Source: Gnetum montanum (lineage: Eukaryota; Plantae; Gnetophyta). Taken from it: DNA of 64,000 bases. The notes beneath the pieces were generated by a model. It made no database searches. It was not told the origin of the DNA and saw nothing but the letters and a program-made list of their open reading frames with translations. The stretch lies in assembly GCA_015680685.1 (NCBI GenBank), contig MNCI01003349.1:126049-190048 (forward strand). Direction: 5' to 3'. Below, one piece after another: positions 42,401-56,559 of the stretch (position 1 is its first letter; each line of letters opens with the position of its first letter). The position numbers and the translations under genes are program-made.

Positions 42401-43491
42401 CATTTTCCATAGCCCAAAAGAGCAATTGAGTAATTTCCATAGCCTAGAGCCTTTAACAATCTTAAACATCTTTGGCAGTAAAAAATGGTGGCTACGCTAT
42501 GTGTAGTAACTCCCATGTAACTCCCATGGAATAGCGATTTGTGACCATGATTACTGATCCTAGTGGAAACAGTGTAGAGTTGCTAGAAATGGAGCTAGGA
42601 ATTATCTAGATTGTGGAGTTTCAAGTGCAAACCATAGGCTCCAATAGACTTTGAGCCCCTTTAAGAAAGTTCTTGTGCACCTAGCACAAAATCTATACTT
42701 TTTGAACCCATCACTTTATTTTCCATTTTTAATAAAGTCATAGTTCATTATTATACATATATGATTTCATGATTCAATTTTTGTGTTTTTATCCATTCCA
42801 GATCTACAATTCCATTTTTACTTATGTTTCCATTTTCATTTAAGTTTACATTTTCAATTTTTTTATGTTTACATCACCATTTTATACTTTTTTAAGTCCT
42901 TGGATGATCAGCTAGACTGTCCAGGGTGCCTTGGATCCTGTTTCTGGAGGCCCTTGGAATCTAAGGCTAAATTTTTTTTGGTGCCTACGATATTATAGTT
43001 TTTGTTCTAGCAACTAAATTTTCTAGGTCCAACACTTGGAACGTTGCACTAAAAATTGGCAACTTATAGGTGGGACATCCCACTAGAAATTAGGACATCT
43101 CATCTAGGATGTTTCATTTGGGACATTACAGTCGCAATTGGGACATCTTGCTATTTTTATGGTACATCTAACTTGAACCTAAGCTTTCATCTTTAGGACA
43201 TCTACTGATCTTTTGGTATGTCTAGGTAGATACCAAAATGTCTTCGTTTGGCTTGTAGGCTTCATGCATCCTTCAAATCCTAGAGTCTTGATTGAGTATA
43301 TGGTGATGCAACTTTCATCTTAATCTTCTCAACTCTCTCTTGTCCCAATCTTGTATTTTACTATATCTAAATGCTTTAGTTATCTTTTTCTAATCTTTCA
43401 AAGTCTTAAAAGATACCAATAAACACATTTTTTACATTGTCCAATTTCTAAGGTTTTAACATACCAAAAGCTCAACAAGCTTGCCCTTTTT

Positions 43492-44063
43492 TGTGACATC
43501 CCATTCCTAGATGTGATGGAAAACATCAAATATATGTTATATTAGACATTATGCATAACAAGATAATATACCAAATGTAAAATATATGTAGCATTCAAGA
43601 TTATGTGTAAAGGAAATAAAACAAAAAATGAAAAAAGAAAAAAAGGAAAGAATGCTTTATTGATATGAAATAGAGTATCCAGATCATGTTCTACGAGTGT
43701 TCCTTAGGGTTTTCTTCCTTCGATATCTATCCCATTAGAGGCAATCTAGCACTGGCACGACAGTTAGGCCTACAACCTAGCTAGAAGGGATGGTTAGTCC
43801 TATCCTACTTCACCCAACACTTGTGACTCACCTTTACTGGCTCTGCCACTCGATGCTGGCATGACCTCTAAGCCCAAGTATAAATGCCTTAGGTCAAACT
43901 CCCAAAGGTTACCTTGAGAGACATGTCCATTATTACAATGCATCCTATCAGGTCTCAATTACAACAGACCCTTTCAGGTTTTTTTTATAATAATGATAAC
44001 ATTGTTATGAAGAGGCACCCTCTTCATTATGCAACAAAACCATTTTAGAATGAGGATGTTAAA
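43492..44063 (-). mobile_element. Solo LTR (572 bp) of the CCR4-carrying family (B subfamily)
   Basis: Reverse complement aligns end-to-end with 15200-15771; TGTGACATCCC...GGATGTTAAA termini. No matching TSD. Confidence 0.9.
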
Positions 44064-44564
44064 AGGGGGATTTATTTCTCCATAATATTCTACAAAATAA
44101 GATGAAGAATGGATAGAAAAAAAGGTCTTTAATACAAAGCTAGCAAGAGAACTAGGAGAAGGTTCAAGGAAATTACCTAATGTTGAAAATCAAGGCCTAA
44201 AAGTCTATATTGAGTTGTAGTTAGAAAATGATCAAAGTAGAAAGATATAAAAAAAGGTAATAATTACTATTTACTACACCTTTGAGATATGTTAGTTTTT
44301 CTCCTTTTCGTCGATAAATTACATTTGTATATATATTTACATTAGCATTTAGAAAATGTGATTTTTTGAAACTTCAATCCTTAAGTTTGAAGTGATTTTT
44401 TCTATAAAAAAGAAAGATTTAAGCTTTCAGTAGTTAGTCAATCTTGTATATGCCATCGTCCCAATGTTGGTAGGCATGGTTGTTAGTTATCCATGAGCCT
44501 TTCAAGAATTGTTAAGAGTATATCAACTTAGAACAAGAACAAGAGGCTAACGGGCACGGGCCAA

Positions 44565-44633
44565 GGGGGGTAGGTGGGTGGGTTTGCAGGGGGGAGGGTG
44601 GGGGATGTTGGGGGGTGGGATGTGGAAGGTGGG
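44565..44633 (+). other. G-quadruplex-prone G-rich tract
   Basis: Nine runs of three or more G with short loops (GGGGGGTAGGTGGGTGGG..GGGGGGAGGGTGGGGG..GGGGGGTGGG..GGG). Confidence 0.7.
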
Positions 44634-47600
44634 AGTATAACCTACCTTTGCCTAGTGTTGAGGGGTGGAACATTAACCATAATTAGCATGTGGGATATAA
44701 CTATTACTCCCTAGTGTTGTCCATTTACCCCCTCAACATTGCACCTCTTCTCTAGTATTACTCCAACATGGCCTAGAATTTCAACATCGCTTCAATTCCA
44801 GCATTGATTCTGCATGCTATCATTATTGTTGGAAGGCCTAGTGTGGATGGAAGAATCTAGTGAGGGTGAAATTTCACTTTACTATTTTTAGTAAACAAGA
44901 TGGCTTTGATGCAATAGGGGTATAACACTTACCATACATAGTAACCTTACTAGATTTGAACATCCACCATACTTGTATGTAGCAAAAATCTATCAGCAGG
45001 TAGGCATAAATTTGTAGCAAACTTTATGGCCTTAAAAACCAATAAAATCCAAGCACTAAGACCATGTAAAGGTTCCACACTTTTTCATTTTCAAGCATAT
45101 TTTATGCATTTGAGAGCTCTTGCAATCTTGCAAATATGTAGCTTCTCAGATCATCCTAGCATGAAACCCTTGTAACAATTATGACCTATTGTTACCCCCT
45201 TTGAGATTGTGTGAGCTTTGCATCAATGTTGAGCATATTTAGATTTTCAGATTTCTAGTGTTTCTCTTCTTGGCACTAGAAAAACCTCACACATCTCATC
45301 CCTCCCTATATCACCAACATTGTAGATCAAGTGTAGAGAGTAGCATAGTTTGATAGCACTAGAATTTGTAGAAACTCTAGATCATGGAGCTAATCATAAC
45401 AATTCAATGGACTCTGAATCCTCATCAAAGTGAAACCCCTCCTTTTCTTACCTCTTGGGCACACCTTGTACACATTGTCTAAACCTTATTTGTTTTATTT
45501 AAAATAATGTTTATAGTTTTTTTTTGTGCAAGTTAGATTCATTTATTTCATATTTAGTGCATTTATTTTTTTCAAAATTGTATTTGCATTTTTATTTTTC
45601 TACATCCCCTACTTTACATTTTCTAAGTCCTTGGTTGATTTGCCAAATCATCTAGGGTACCTTGGATCTTATTTTTTGTAGAGGCCCTTGGGATTTGTTG
45701 TTAAGGTTGCTACATTAAGATCTTTGATTTTCCAATGACCAAATTTTCTAGTCACAATAGTTTTCTGGCACTAGAAGGAGGTCCTCAGCTTAAATTCTAT
45801 ATTCAAGCCTATTACTTGTGTGCTAATGTTTCATATAACTTGAAATTTTTGAGATTTCTAAAATAATTTTTTTGCAAATTCGGTTCACTCTTTTTTGATT
45901 ATCAAAACCAACACCAAAATCCATCCTTCCTATCACCAAAACCTAGCGTTGAGGTTGTAGGTATGTTGGGTTTTCAAAGTTTTTGTAGTAGTTGTTGGGA
46001 ATTTAAAAGCAAGAGTTGGTTTTTGGTCAAAAATTTCATCTCTCTTGATACTAGAATTTTTCAGTGAGGCTAGCATTGGTGGTTTCACCATCCAAATCCT
46101 CATTTCCCTTTGCTGTAAAAATTTTCCAGTAAAGCCAACGTTAACAACTTGCCAAAGTATATTTTCCAAAAGCCAAAGTTTCCTTTCTATTTTTAGTAAC
46201 AATCATAAAATTTCCCAAAAGTAAACCCCTAGCACCAACATTAAATAGGAAGGTGTAAGAATTTTCATTTTACCCCCCCTTCTTTCCCTTTGCTACACCC
46301 AGCATAGATGCAACTAGGAAACCTAGCGTGGTTGGGGTTTGATACCCACCTTTTGCCTTATTAAGTAAAGGGATATATCCCCTTGTACAACCATTTACTA
46401 TTTATAGCCTATAATATGTTTCAACCATTTTCACCTTTTTTTTTTAGTTTTTTTGAAAATTCAAGTTGTTGAAATTTTTATTTCCTTTCATTAATTTACA
46501 ACTCTGTTAAGCCATTTTTAGCATTTTCATCATGTCATTTAGCCAGTTGACCATCCTACCCTTCAACTTCACTGATAACAGGTATGGCCAATAGGCTGTG
46601 AGGATCTATGACCCTAAGGAACCTACCATGATAGAGTGTAGGCAATCCCTTAGACTTAGGAGGTGAAGTCTTGAGTTCTTCGTCATAAATAAAGACCAGT
46701 ATAACTTCATTTGTGCTAAGATATAGGTTAGCATGCTTATTCCATGTATGGAAGCAAAATCCAAGAGGGAGTATGAGCTCATACATCACAATTGGAAGGA
46801 GTATATTCCTTCCCCATATGATTAAATATCCCTCACCAAAACTTATGCATGCATCCTATCTCAACTAATTAAGATAGATGAGGGAGAGGGCAAGGCTAGC
46901 TTGGATGAGTAGTAGGAGGATAAGGAGGATGAGTTAGGGGTGAAATCCAAACATGAGAATGTCCTAGATGGGCTTTTCCAATAAGCAACCCCAAAGCCAC
47001 AACACCTACTTCCATCCTTCTGGCTTCCTCCATGGGACAAATGTGCTAATCCTCCATCTCTTCTTACTAGATCATGTTTGGGTCCACACCAATCATAGCT
47101 ACACACCAAACATGATTGGTGCCACATCCCATAATGTTCCATTTCTCCATGCCATTTGGTATGAAACCTTAGTTAGTATGATCATCATTAGTGGTGGTTA
47201 GTACCACTAACCCTTTAATCACCTAGATGGAGCCTACTACAAGATCCCAAGTAATTTAGGGGTCATACACCCCTTTTTTTTTGTTTGTGCCTTAGATACC
47301 TGTATACACATCTTTTTCTTTATTTGGCCCACCAACCACCATGTTGACACAACGTCTCCCTCAGTGCCACAACTGATAGTGAGGCCACAAGCCTCCCAAT
47401 AAACATTGTAGTCCTTTGTGTAGACCCCATAATTGGTAGGGATATCCTAGGGCCTGGATCAAGCCTTCTAGATGATCCTAAACTATTAAAGAGGCTCAAG
47501 ACCTCTACTTTCCAAATTGTTAAAGTCATTGAATTCTAATAGGATGATTCCATTAGTCTTGTAGTCCCACTGTTATCTCTTTCCCTTAGTGTGCCTATTC

Positions 47601-50600
47601 CTCAGTTTACAAAGTATAATGGTGAGGGTGACCCAAACTCTCATCTCATAATCTTCCACTTAGAGTGCTTGCTGTTACAAGCATGGTTGCACATGATAAT
47701 GAGGATATTACCTATGTTCCTTATAGGGAAAGTGCTTTACTAGTACCGTGCCTTACTGAGAGGATCTATATCAGCTCTTGAAGATTTGGTCGTACAATTT
47801 GTTAACTACTTCAAGTACAACTTGAAGCCTAATACAACTCTTGACTAGCCAATGAAGGTCAAACAAGGACCTATTGAATCAATGCAAAAGTTTATCCAAT
47901 GATGGAATGATTTGCTTAATAAGATACCAAAACCTATAGTTGAGACGCACCTTTTGGCTATATTCAAGGGGGTGGTTAAGTATTTTATCAAGTTAAAGCT
48001 ATATTACCTTGACTTGAGGTCACTAAGTGAAGCCTTCTCCTAGATAAAAAACATAGAGAATGCTATGAAGGCTAGCCACGATCTTGCCTATGTGGCATAT
48101 AAGTATCAACACAGACAAAGTGACAAGAAGAGGGGTAAGCAGAACAATGTGGTGGTGGAAATGGTAGCTAAAGAGACTAAGACAACCAATTAGAGGCTAA
48201 GAAACAATCAACCAAAGGCCCTTTATAACAACTAAAACAAGGAACCCTAAACATCTTTGAGCAGAAGAATAGAACAAAATATAGTAGGTTGCCTTTGAAA
48301 TCATCTAAACTCTTAGATCAATTATTGAAGAGTGGGAGGATCCAATACAAGTAGATGACTAAAAATGCCCATCAGAGGCATGAAAGGCTATGTAAAATAG
48401 CTAAGGATTCCACTTGATCAACTAGAGATGATCCTTAGGTACCGAAGTATTTCATGCTTGACCACTTTTGCCACTATCAATTGCCTGGCCATGACACTAA
48501 ATTTTGCCTTCTGCTGAAGGATGCCCTACAAAAGATGATAGATAGGGTCGAGTTGGTTTTATATGCTTCTAACCATATCTAACCTTAGAACCAGTCAATG
48601 CATCTATACAATGATTCATTAAATGCTAACAAAAACTCATACATCATATCGACATTTAATGTTGATGACAATCAAAAGATTGTGAGGAGACCATTCATGA
48701 TTTAGGTACTCCTTGCAACAAAAGGGGCTCTTCAGCTTCCACTAGCTTAAGATCCCCTTTTGTTGTAAGGGTACCATTACCAATGCCTTCCAAGAAGTCT
48801 TTCATCAATAGGATGCCCCAACCTATTACCACTAAGTCCACCCCTATAACTGAACAATGGTCTTTCATGATGGCTAATGCCATAGCCTCTTCCTGTCAAA
48901 CAACTAACGGTAACCAAAAGACCTCAACCAAGCAAAGGAAGACGTCTAAGAAAGAGCCAAACAAGTATGACAAGTAGGCTAAGGCATGGAAGGAAGTAGG
49001 TTCATTGAAGCCCACTCCCATATCATCTATACCCATGACCTCTTCAACCTAGGCCACTTCAACAAGCAAATTATGGAAGGAACCTAAAGCCCAAGGAAGA
49101 GTGAAAGAGTAGAAGCCACAACAATAATAGCCAAAACATGAAGTGCACATTTTGGTGCACATGGAGGAAGTTAAGCACAACCAAGGTGATAAGCCTAAGG
49201 CCAACAACAAAAACTTCCTAAATGAAATGGAATAGGTTAAGTAGTTTCTAAAATAAAAAAATACAACCTTGAGCTTGTATGACCTAGTTATGACTTCTTC
49301 CACATATTTTGAAGCACTAGTTAAGATTTTGGTCTCCATCCCCATTAGTGAGGACATGATTGCTAGTAAAGAATCTATCCATGCAGTGATGGTGACTTCT
49401 TCATTGAGGGAGACAAAGTCAACATTGCTAGTGTTTCATGATAAAGAAATCAAAGCTAGATCCTAAAATGGTGAAGTGAACAAGGCTCCTCTATTTATTA
49501 TGATATGGTTAAGATAGTACATGCTACATCGGGTGCATGTAGATAATGGGGCTACGACGAATATCATTCCATGAACCATAGTTGACCTTTTAAGCTTGAT
49601 GGAATAGATAAAACATGCATCAACATCAGCCCTCAAGTCCTTTAATGGATCATGGGTTGCTGTTAAAGGGTATATCTCCTTACACTTTGTGGAAGGGGGG
49701 AAATTCCCCATAATGACTAATTTCTTGGTGGTACAGGAAATACTAAGATTCAACCTCATCTTGGGAAGACCTTGATTGACTCAACTACAAGCTGTATATT
49801 TACCTATCAACAAAGAAATTTACCTATCTTATGAAGGATGTGAAATTATCATTTATGGTGATAATGTAGTTCCCCTCATGGTTAATAACATCGATATAGA
49901 ACAAGGGCCTAAAGTGGAGTTTTCAAAAAAAGTCCAAGGATGGAGAGTACAAGCTTATACAAAATAGGCTATATATGTTCCTTAATCTCTCAAATATTAG
50001 AAAGCATTTGCACAAGTAATGTATACATCGGATTCTTCCATCCAATGCCCTTGTAACCTTGTAACCATATGTACTTATAGCCCATTAGCCTAGATTTCAT
50101 TTTGTTTGTTTATGACATTTTGTTTGCTTTATGTTAAACTTTCTTTTGCATATAGCATAGAAATTTACCTTCTATTTGCATTTTATTTGGCAAAGCCTTT
50201 TATTTATTTCTTTTAGCATGATATAAATATGAAAGCCTCATAAAACTTCAAAATCAAGAAGCCCATAAAAATTTTAAAACATAAAATAGAAAAAAATATG
50301 TTTTCCTTTGTGCAATGTGGGCCTACCATGGCCTAAAATTGGCAACAACATGGACCCACCATGGCCTAAAACTAGCAAATGAATGTAAGGGCCCATCATG
50401 GTCCTAAATTGGCATGAATGTACGACCCCCCTATGGCTTTAAATTGGCAATATGACCCATCATGACCTTAAACTAACAAATATCATATATTTCACCATGG
50501 CCTAAAATTAGCAAATGATATTACAACTTATGTGTATTTTAGCCTACAACTTTATTACCATTTTTAATAGTTATAGCCAAATTAGCCAATGCAGCCATAG

Positions 50601-50869
50601 ATAATTATAACATGAAACCATAAAGCCATGATAAAATGGTAACACTAGAACCATATATAGCCAAAATTGAATTCAAGAATTAAAATTTAGAGCATTTATA
50701 ATATAAATAGCCATGATCATACTATGTGGCAAAATGTTAAAATGTTTTAATTATAAACAATAACAACAAGTATAAAATTCTTACAACTAGAATCTTGGCT
50801 AACATTAGTTATCAACATCAGTAACAATAAAACATCTTGTATCCATTAACACAAGATAATTGAAAATGG

Positions 50870-53800
50870 GTAGTTGGGGATGCTAAGAGGCATCCAAAAA
50901 AGGAGGAGGTGGGTCATCCTAACCCTTGTCACTAGGGCTGTTGACATCTCCTAGTGCCTGAAACATAACAATATAAAACTATTTAGTAATCAACAACAAG
51001 CCTATAACTCAAACTTAAGCAAAACCAAAACAATGAAACTAAAATAAAAACACATCAAAACTATGGGAAATCAGGCTTGATGAATTCTAAGGGAAGATGT
51101 TGAAGACTAGTCTCTAAGTGATGGAGAATCTGGTCTTTTGTCATGTCGGCCTAGTCAACATCTCTAAAATTAATGTCCATGAGGATGTTTGTCTCATTCA
51201 CACTAGTGGGTGGCTCTCATGATACCGTAGCCATAGAAACCTCACCTACAACCATAGAGACTTGAGAAGTAGGAGATTTAGCCCTTATGAGAGTGCTTTC
51301 AAAGAGTTTGTAAATGCTCTCAGCTTGGATCCCCTTGATTAACAGCTCCATATTTCACCATTTACTTGTCTTCTCCTCAAGCCACTTGAGATATGCCCCC
51401 TAATCAACCTTGTGTAGTCTATTGTGATATTTTTGTATTTGGCCCCACTATAGGACCTAGGCACAATAGTCCTTCCAGTCCTTAGCTTTGTAAGATATGA
51501 GGTCCCTTTGCATCTGCTACTTTACTATCTCTTTGGCAAGGGTCACCTTGTTATGGATGGCATTCCAATAGCAAGCCCATGTGATCTCCTTGGTCTGTAA
51601 GTTCTTTAAGTTAGCCACTTGGGCTTCCACAAAGGCCTTACAATCTTGAAGATTCCTAATTGTCTCAGCTTGCCTCTTGTTCTCCTCCTTCAAGGCCACA
51701 ACTTGCTCTTATAGGTATTCATTGTACCTTTGGAATTTCAACGAAGTCATGGCACATGAAATTGCAAGATCAATGATAGTCTCATATAGCCTTCATGGTA
51801 CATTCTTAACCTTAGAAGGGAGTTTGAGTAAGGATTCAATCTTCATGTCCTAGCTAGGGTTCAACAAAACTGATGGCACTATAAACAATGTATAATAAAA
51901 AATATTACCATAAGCACAACTTGCAACTTAAATAGCAATAACATAAGAAAAAAAATTAAAACCAAATATGCCTCTAAAATGAAAATAAAATGACTAGGGT
52001 AAATAAAACATAGTGCTTATTGATCTCTGGAGGAACTTGTTGCAATTGGTCGATGATGTTCTTGGGAATTCTGTGCATAGACTCCATCTTGTCTAGGACC
52101 TCTATCCATGGTTTCATGTTAAATGTAGGGGTAGAGGATTATGCTTGTGGCTTAGGAACTATAAAAAGCATAATAATCATTGAGTGGTTAGAACAAAAAC
52201 CTAAGATCAAACCATAAATATAGTGAGTAGTTCTAGAAGGTACGTATACCTGGCTTCTCCTCCTCTACAATAATAATGAGGGGTTTCCTTGGCAATGATT
52301 CATTGAACAGGGGATCTAGGTCATCCAACACCATGTTGGCCAATCCTTCCTTCTCATGCTACTATAGGAGGGCCTCCTTTGCACATTTCTACTCCTCTGC
52401 TACTATCGTGGATTGGGCCGCCATGTCCTATTGCCTATCTACAAGAGCAATAAACTAAAAATGTAAGAATGATTTAGCAATGTTACAACCTTATAACCTT
52501 AGAAACTAAAACATAGAAAAACCTAGAATAAATAAATAGCCAAAGTTGGCAATGTACCTATGACTACATGATGAGTCTTGCCAAGCTTCAACTTGAGCCT
52601 CCTTTTGCACAGCTACTCAAATGTTGGTGCTGCTTCTTCTATGAGCTATTTCAACTTTGTCTTGGCTACCTTGTCAGCCTCTACATGCAACTCTCAGGTC
52701 CTTGCAATGTTAGCTTGCACTGTGTGAGGCCCCACCCTCATGCTATTAGGGGATGCACACCACCTACCACTAAATCCCTTGGTGGTAATGGATAGTGACT
52801 CCCCAACCTCCTCTAGTGGGTTTCGGGCTTGCATGGTTGGATAAATATGCATTATCCAAGGCTTGGAGAATTGGTTTAGGTCTTGGCACATCCATTGCCC
52901 ATTCCTTCGTATGCCACATAAAATGCATAATGCATGTGACATAATGTAGAGACATCCTCATGGAATTTTAGGTTCTCCTCTTGAAGTCTTATAGTTAAAG
53001 GAGTAACTTAGTTGAACTAGTTATCCTTTGTTAGGACCTTCTTAAAGGTCCATCACTGTGAAATGTCGATCATCTTCTTTTGTGACAACAGCTTAGGAAA
53101 CACATAGGTTCTGAACATGGGATAAGATTCCCTTACTTCAAGCTCTATGAAATCATCCAAGGTCAACTTGTGGCCACGAAGAGCACTTGACCACACCTCA
53201 ACCTCCTCACAATGGCTTTCCTCCTTTGTTAGTTGGGTGAAAACCTTCATCCCTCTAGAGGGAACACCAAAGAGATCATGAAAGGTAGCCTTGCTGATAG
53301 ACATGATGACTGGCATACCTCAAATTTTTGTGTTGAATTGTCTAGCTTCTCCATTAAAGGTGTTAATGATGTTCAATGTCTCTGCTCTAGGGATGGAAGG
53401 GATAGGTGCGATGAAAACATCAAGTAAGCTTGCACAAGCAATTTTTGCTTGGATGTTTCTAGGTGCCTGCTTCCTCAACCAACTTTATGTTGGTCCCATC
53501 TCACTAAATTTTAGGATGAAGATAACCTTAGGGTATTCTAAAACTAATAAGGTGATGTTAGAAGAGGTGGAAGGTCCTACAAGGTAACAACAATCACTAG
53601 TTAGCCTAGGCATTAACACATCATAGGCAACCTAAGTATGACAAAAATAAAAAATTAAAATAATTAAAAAATTGAATACCCAAATAGCCTAAAATCATTG
53701 TAGCCATAAAAACATTAGCATAACACAATAAACCATAGCCTTTCATACCTTTCTTCTTTTTGTACGATGAACTTCATATGGAGTTCCCAACTACGATGCT

Positions 53801-56000
53801 CTTCTCTAGGAGGTGTTTTGGTATCATCCACTAAATGTGAGCTATCTCATTTGTTAGACACCTCTTGAAGGGTAAAGCAAAGATGGTAGTGTATTTATCA
53901 AAGTCATTCTTTAATTGGTCAACCACTATTGTTATTATTATTGGGCCTTGGGTAAATACACTTATCACATATTGGGCCACCACCAAGGTTTGATCATTCT
54001 TAATCAAACCTTGATCATTGATCTAGTACTTGCAAGGTATCAATAAAATCGATAAGTTAGAGAAGAACAAGTAAAGAAAATAGGACCAAAACATAACAAG
54101 TCTAGAATAGCCATGCTTGCCTTGCCAAATGGTACACAGTACTAGGAGGATTCTAGAACAATGTATGGACTTGGTGTGCCACCATCAGAGTATTCTTAGC
54201 ATTGCACTAAGAATACTTTGATAGGATCTAGATTTGCAATAGATGGTTGATCCCTATGGTATCATGGTTGTCCAATACCTTCCCCTTTGTGCATGTCTTT
54301 GGATCATCAATTATAAATTTAGCAATCATGTAGGTGGATTGAGGTAGTAGGGTCTCTGCTATGATAGGGGCTGTATACTTGGATAAGTGTGATCACATCA
54401 TCATACTAAAATTTTTCATGATGTAGGAAAGGAATTCCCTTATCCCTAGCTGGAACCATAGAGAACCTTGCTCTAGCACCAAGTTAGTGAGAGGAGTGTT
54501 GGGCTTGGGATGCTTAATGCAACAAAGAATCCCCACTAGCTCCACTACCATCAAGATGGGATTGAGGATAGCCCTTCATAAAAACAAACACAAATTGTTA
54601 AAACTATATTCACAACACTTAGAACAAAACTATTACAACCAAGTAGTACAACAACTAGGCAACACTTAGAATTTCTTGGAAAATTTTGCTAAGTATCCTA
54701 GCTAGGGGTGAAACTAAGCCTCGTAAACACTCTAGTTTGTTAGCCAAAATTCCTTTATAAATTCAAAAAGCAATGTTATCATAGCCTTTAAAACCTTTAA
54801 AAATTAGATCCAAAACATTACAATGTTCAGCATGTCAACAAAACTTAGAACACATTAAAATAACATTTACAAAATAGCACTTAAAACCTAGAAGACACAA
54901 CCTTGAGAAATCAATCATAAAATTATCAAAAAAAATTTAAACATATGAAATCTATCCTAATCCCTTTATAACATATCTAGGCATCTCCAATGGTATGGAA
55001 CACTAAAAAATAAAAATCATACAATATGCCAATGTTGCTCATCTGCAAGGGGTAAATTGCTACAACCAAAACAATCCCTAATTCACCTAGCCTTATTAAA
55101 AAATTCATTAAAAATTCAGTTCAACTTTGATTTTAGTGATTTCACCACAATTAGAGTCCCAAAATCATGAAATTTATAGTAATAATCAGAAAAGACAAAA
55201 AATTTATAATCATTTTTACAGAAAAATGTGATGAAATTAACATAAACGTAGTTGTCATCAAAAGCCCCTTTTGTGCAAGTTTGGTAGCAAATTCACCAAA
55301 AATTCATTTTAGCTCCAAGAAAAGTGATTCAACCACCTTTTGAAAGATTAAATTGAAAGCTATGAATCCATATTTGAAAACAAATGCAAGACACCTATCG
55401 TTGTTTAAAAAAAAATTCATGAACTTTCATGAAATAACTAAAAATGGCGCAAACCCTAATCGTATAGCCTAGCCAAAACATTTGTAACTCATTCATTACA
55501 ACTCCAAATTAAATGAAATCATAATCAATAGAACCTAAAAAAAACATTAAAAACCAAAAACCTTATGATTTAGCAATCTCTAGCCATTTTATTGCAAAAA
55601 GGTACACAAGTATGCTTGATTTTTTACCAAAAATACTAAAAAACACTTAAAAATTGGTAAAACCTAATATAGAATTCCTATTAAAAGAAGCCTAAATGAC
55701 TGAATAACCTTAGTAATGCATATAAAAATAGAAAAATATGGGATGGGATTTTGTCAAAATTAATTTTTATCAAACACAATGGTCTAGATTTTAAAAAATG
55801 CTCCTATCCTAGATTAGAAAAACAACAAAAATGACCAAGAACACTACAAAAATGGCTAACAATAGCCTACCTTGGGGTCACAGTAGATGAACCTTGGATC
55901 ACAACAGGGCATGGTAGGTGGGAGATGTAGTGGGCTACTGTGTCTACATCTTCAATGATTGGGTTCTTGTTGCTTCCTCCTCTCTTGTTCATGATTCCAT
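50870..56000 (-). pseudogene. Decayed multi-exon antisense accessory gene inside element D
   Basis: Minus-strand coding-like blocks (51517-51699 coiled coil; 53053-53316 ISKATFHDLFGVPSRG) separated by ~100-nt U-rich GT-AG introns (52455-52557, 53633-53748). Confidence 0.55.
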
Positions 56001-56559
56001 AAGCAATGCTAAGAAGAACCTTGAAAATATGAAGAATATGGGTAGCACATTATCTTGGGGGGAGGTTTGAAGCAACCACACTAAAGATTGATAAGTTTTG
56101 GAGGTAAGGGGCCTCTACTAGAGCTCTAAGAAATGTGCTACAGGAAAGGAATGATAGTTGTGTTTGATTTTTAGCAAATTTACTAATAAAACTAGATCAA
56201 AACCTAGGCACCTTCTTGCATGCCCCTATTTCCAAAACCATGTGTTGAAACTCATGGTGCACTAGTAGTGCAAAGCGAAAAAATTCTAGCCAATGATGGG
56301 ATGGTGGAAGTTAGCATCAAGATTCAAAAATTTGAATTTCAAGGTGGGCCCCACTAGATTCCTCCCATGCAAAGTGTGTTCTAAGCCTAGAAACCTCCTC
56401 TATGCTGAGGTTTCAACCCCTTATAATCCATTAAAGCATGTTACAATCTTATTCCCCCCCCCCTCACCTATGCTAGGAAGCATGGATTCAACATGGGTTC
56501 TAGCCTTCTTTATCACATGACCTTACAACCTTTCCCCCTTTTCCATTTTTGGTAGTTGC

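Larger units (their letters stand above)
31543..43034 (+). mobile_element. Element C: complete Tat/Ogre-like Ty3 LTR retrotransposon encoding gag and protease only
   Basis: LTRs 31543-~33017 and 41516-43034, perfect TSD CTTGG (31538-31542 / 43035-43039), PPT CAAAGAGGGACCAA before the 3' LTR. Confidence 0.92.
30867..43477 (-). mobile_element. Copia-like (SIRE-type) LTR split by element C (30867-31542 and 43040-43477)
   Basis: GGAGGGTTGAATAA and ..GCACGTCCACAC motifs typical of reverse-strand copia LTRs. Ends ..CTCAACA, followed by a reverse-complement PPT-like tract AGCTTGCCCTTTTT. Confidence 0.45.
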
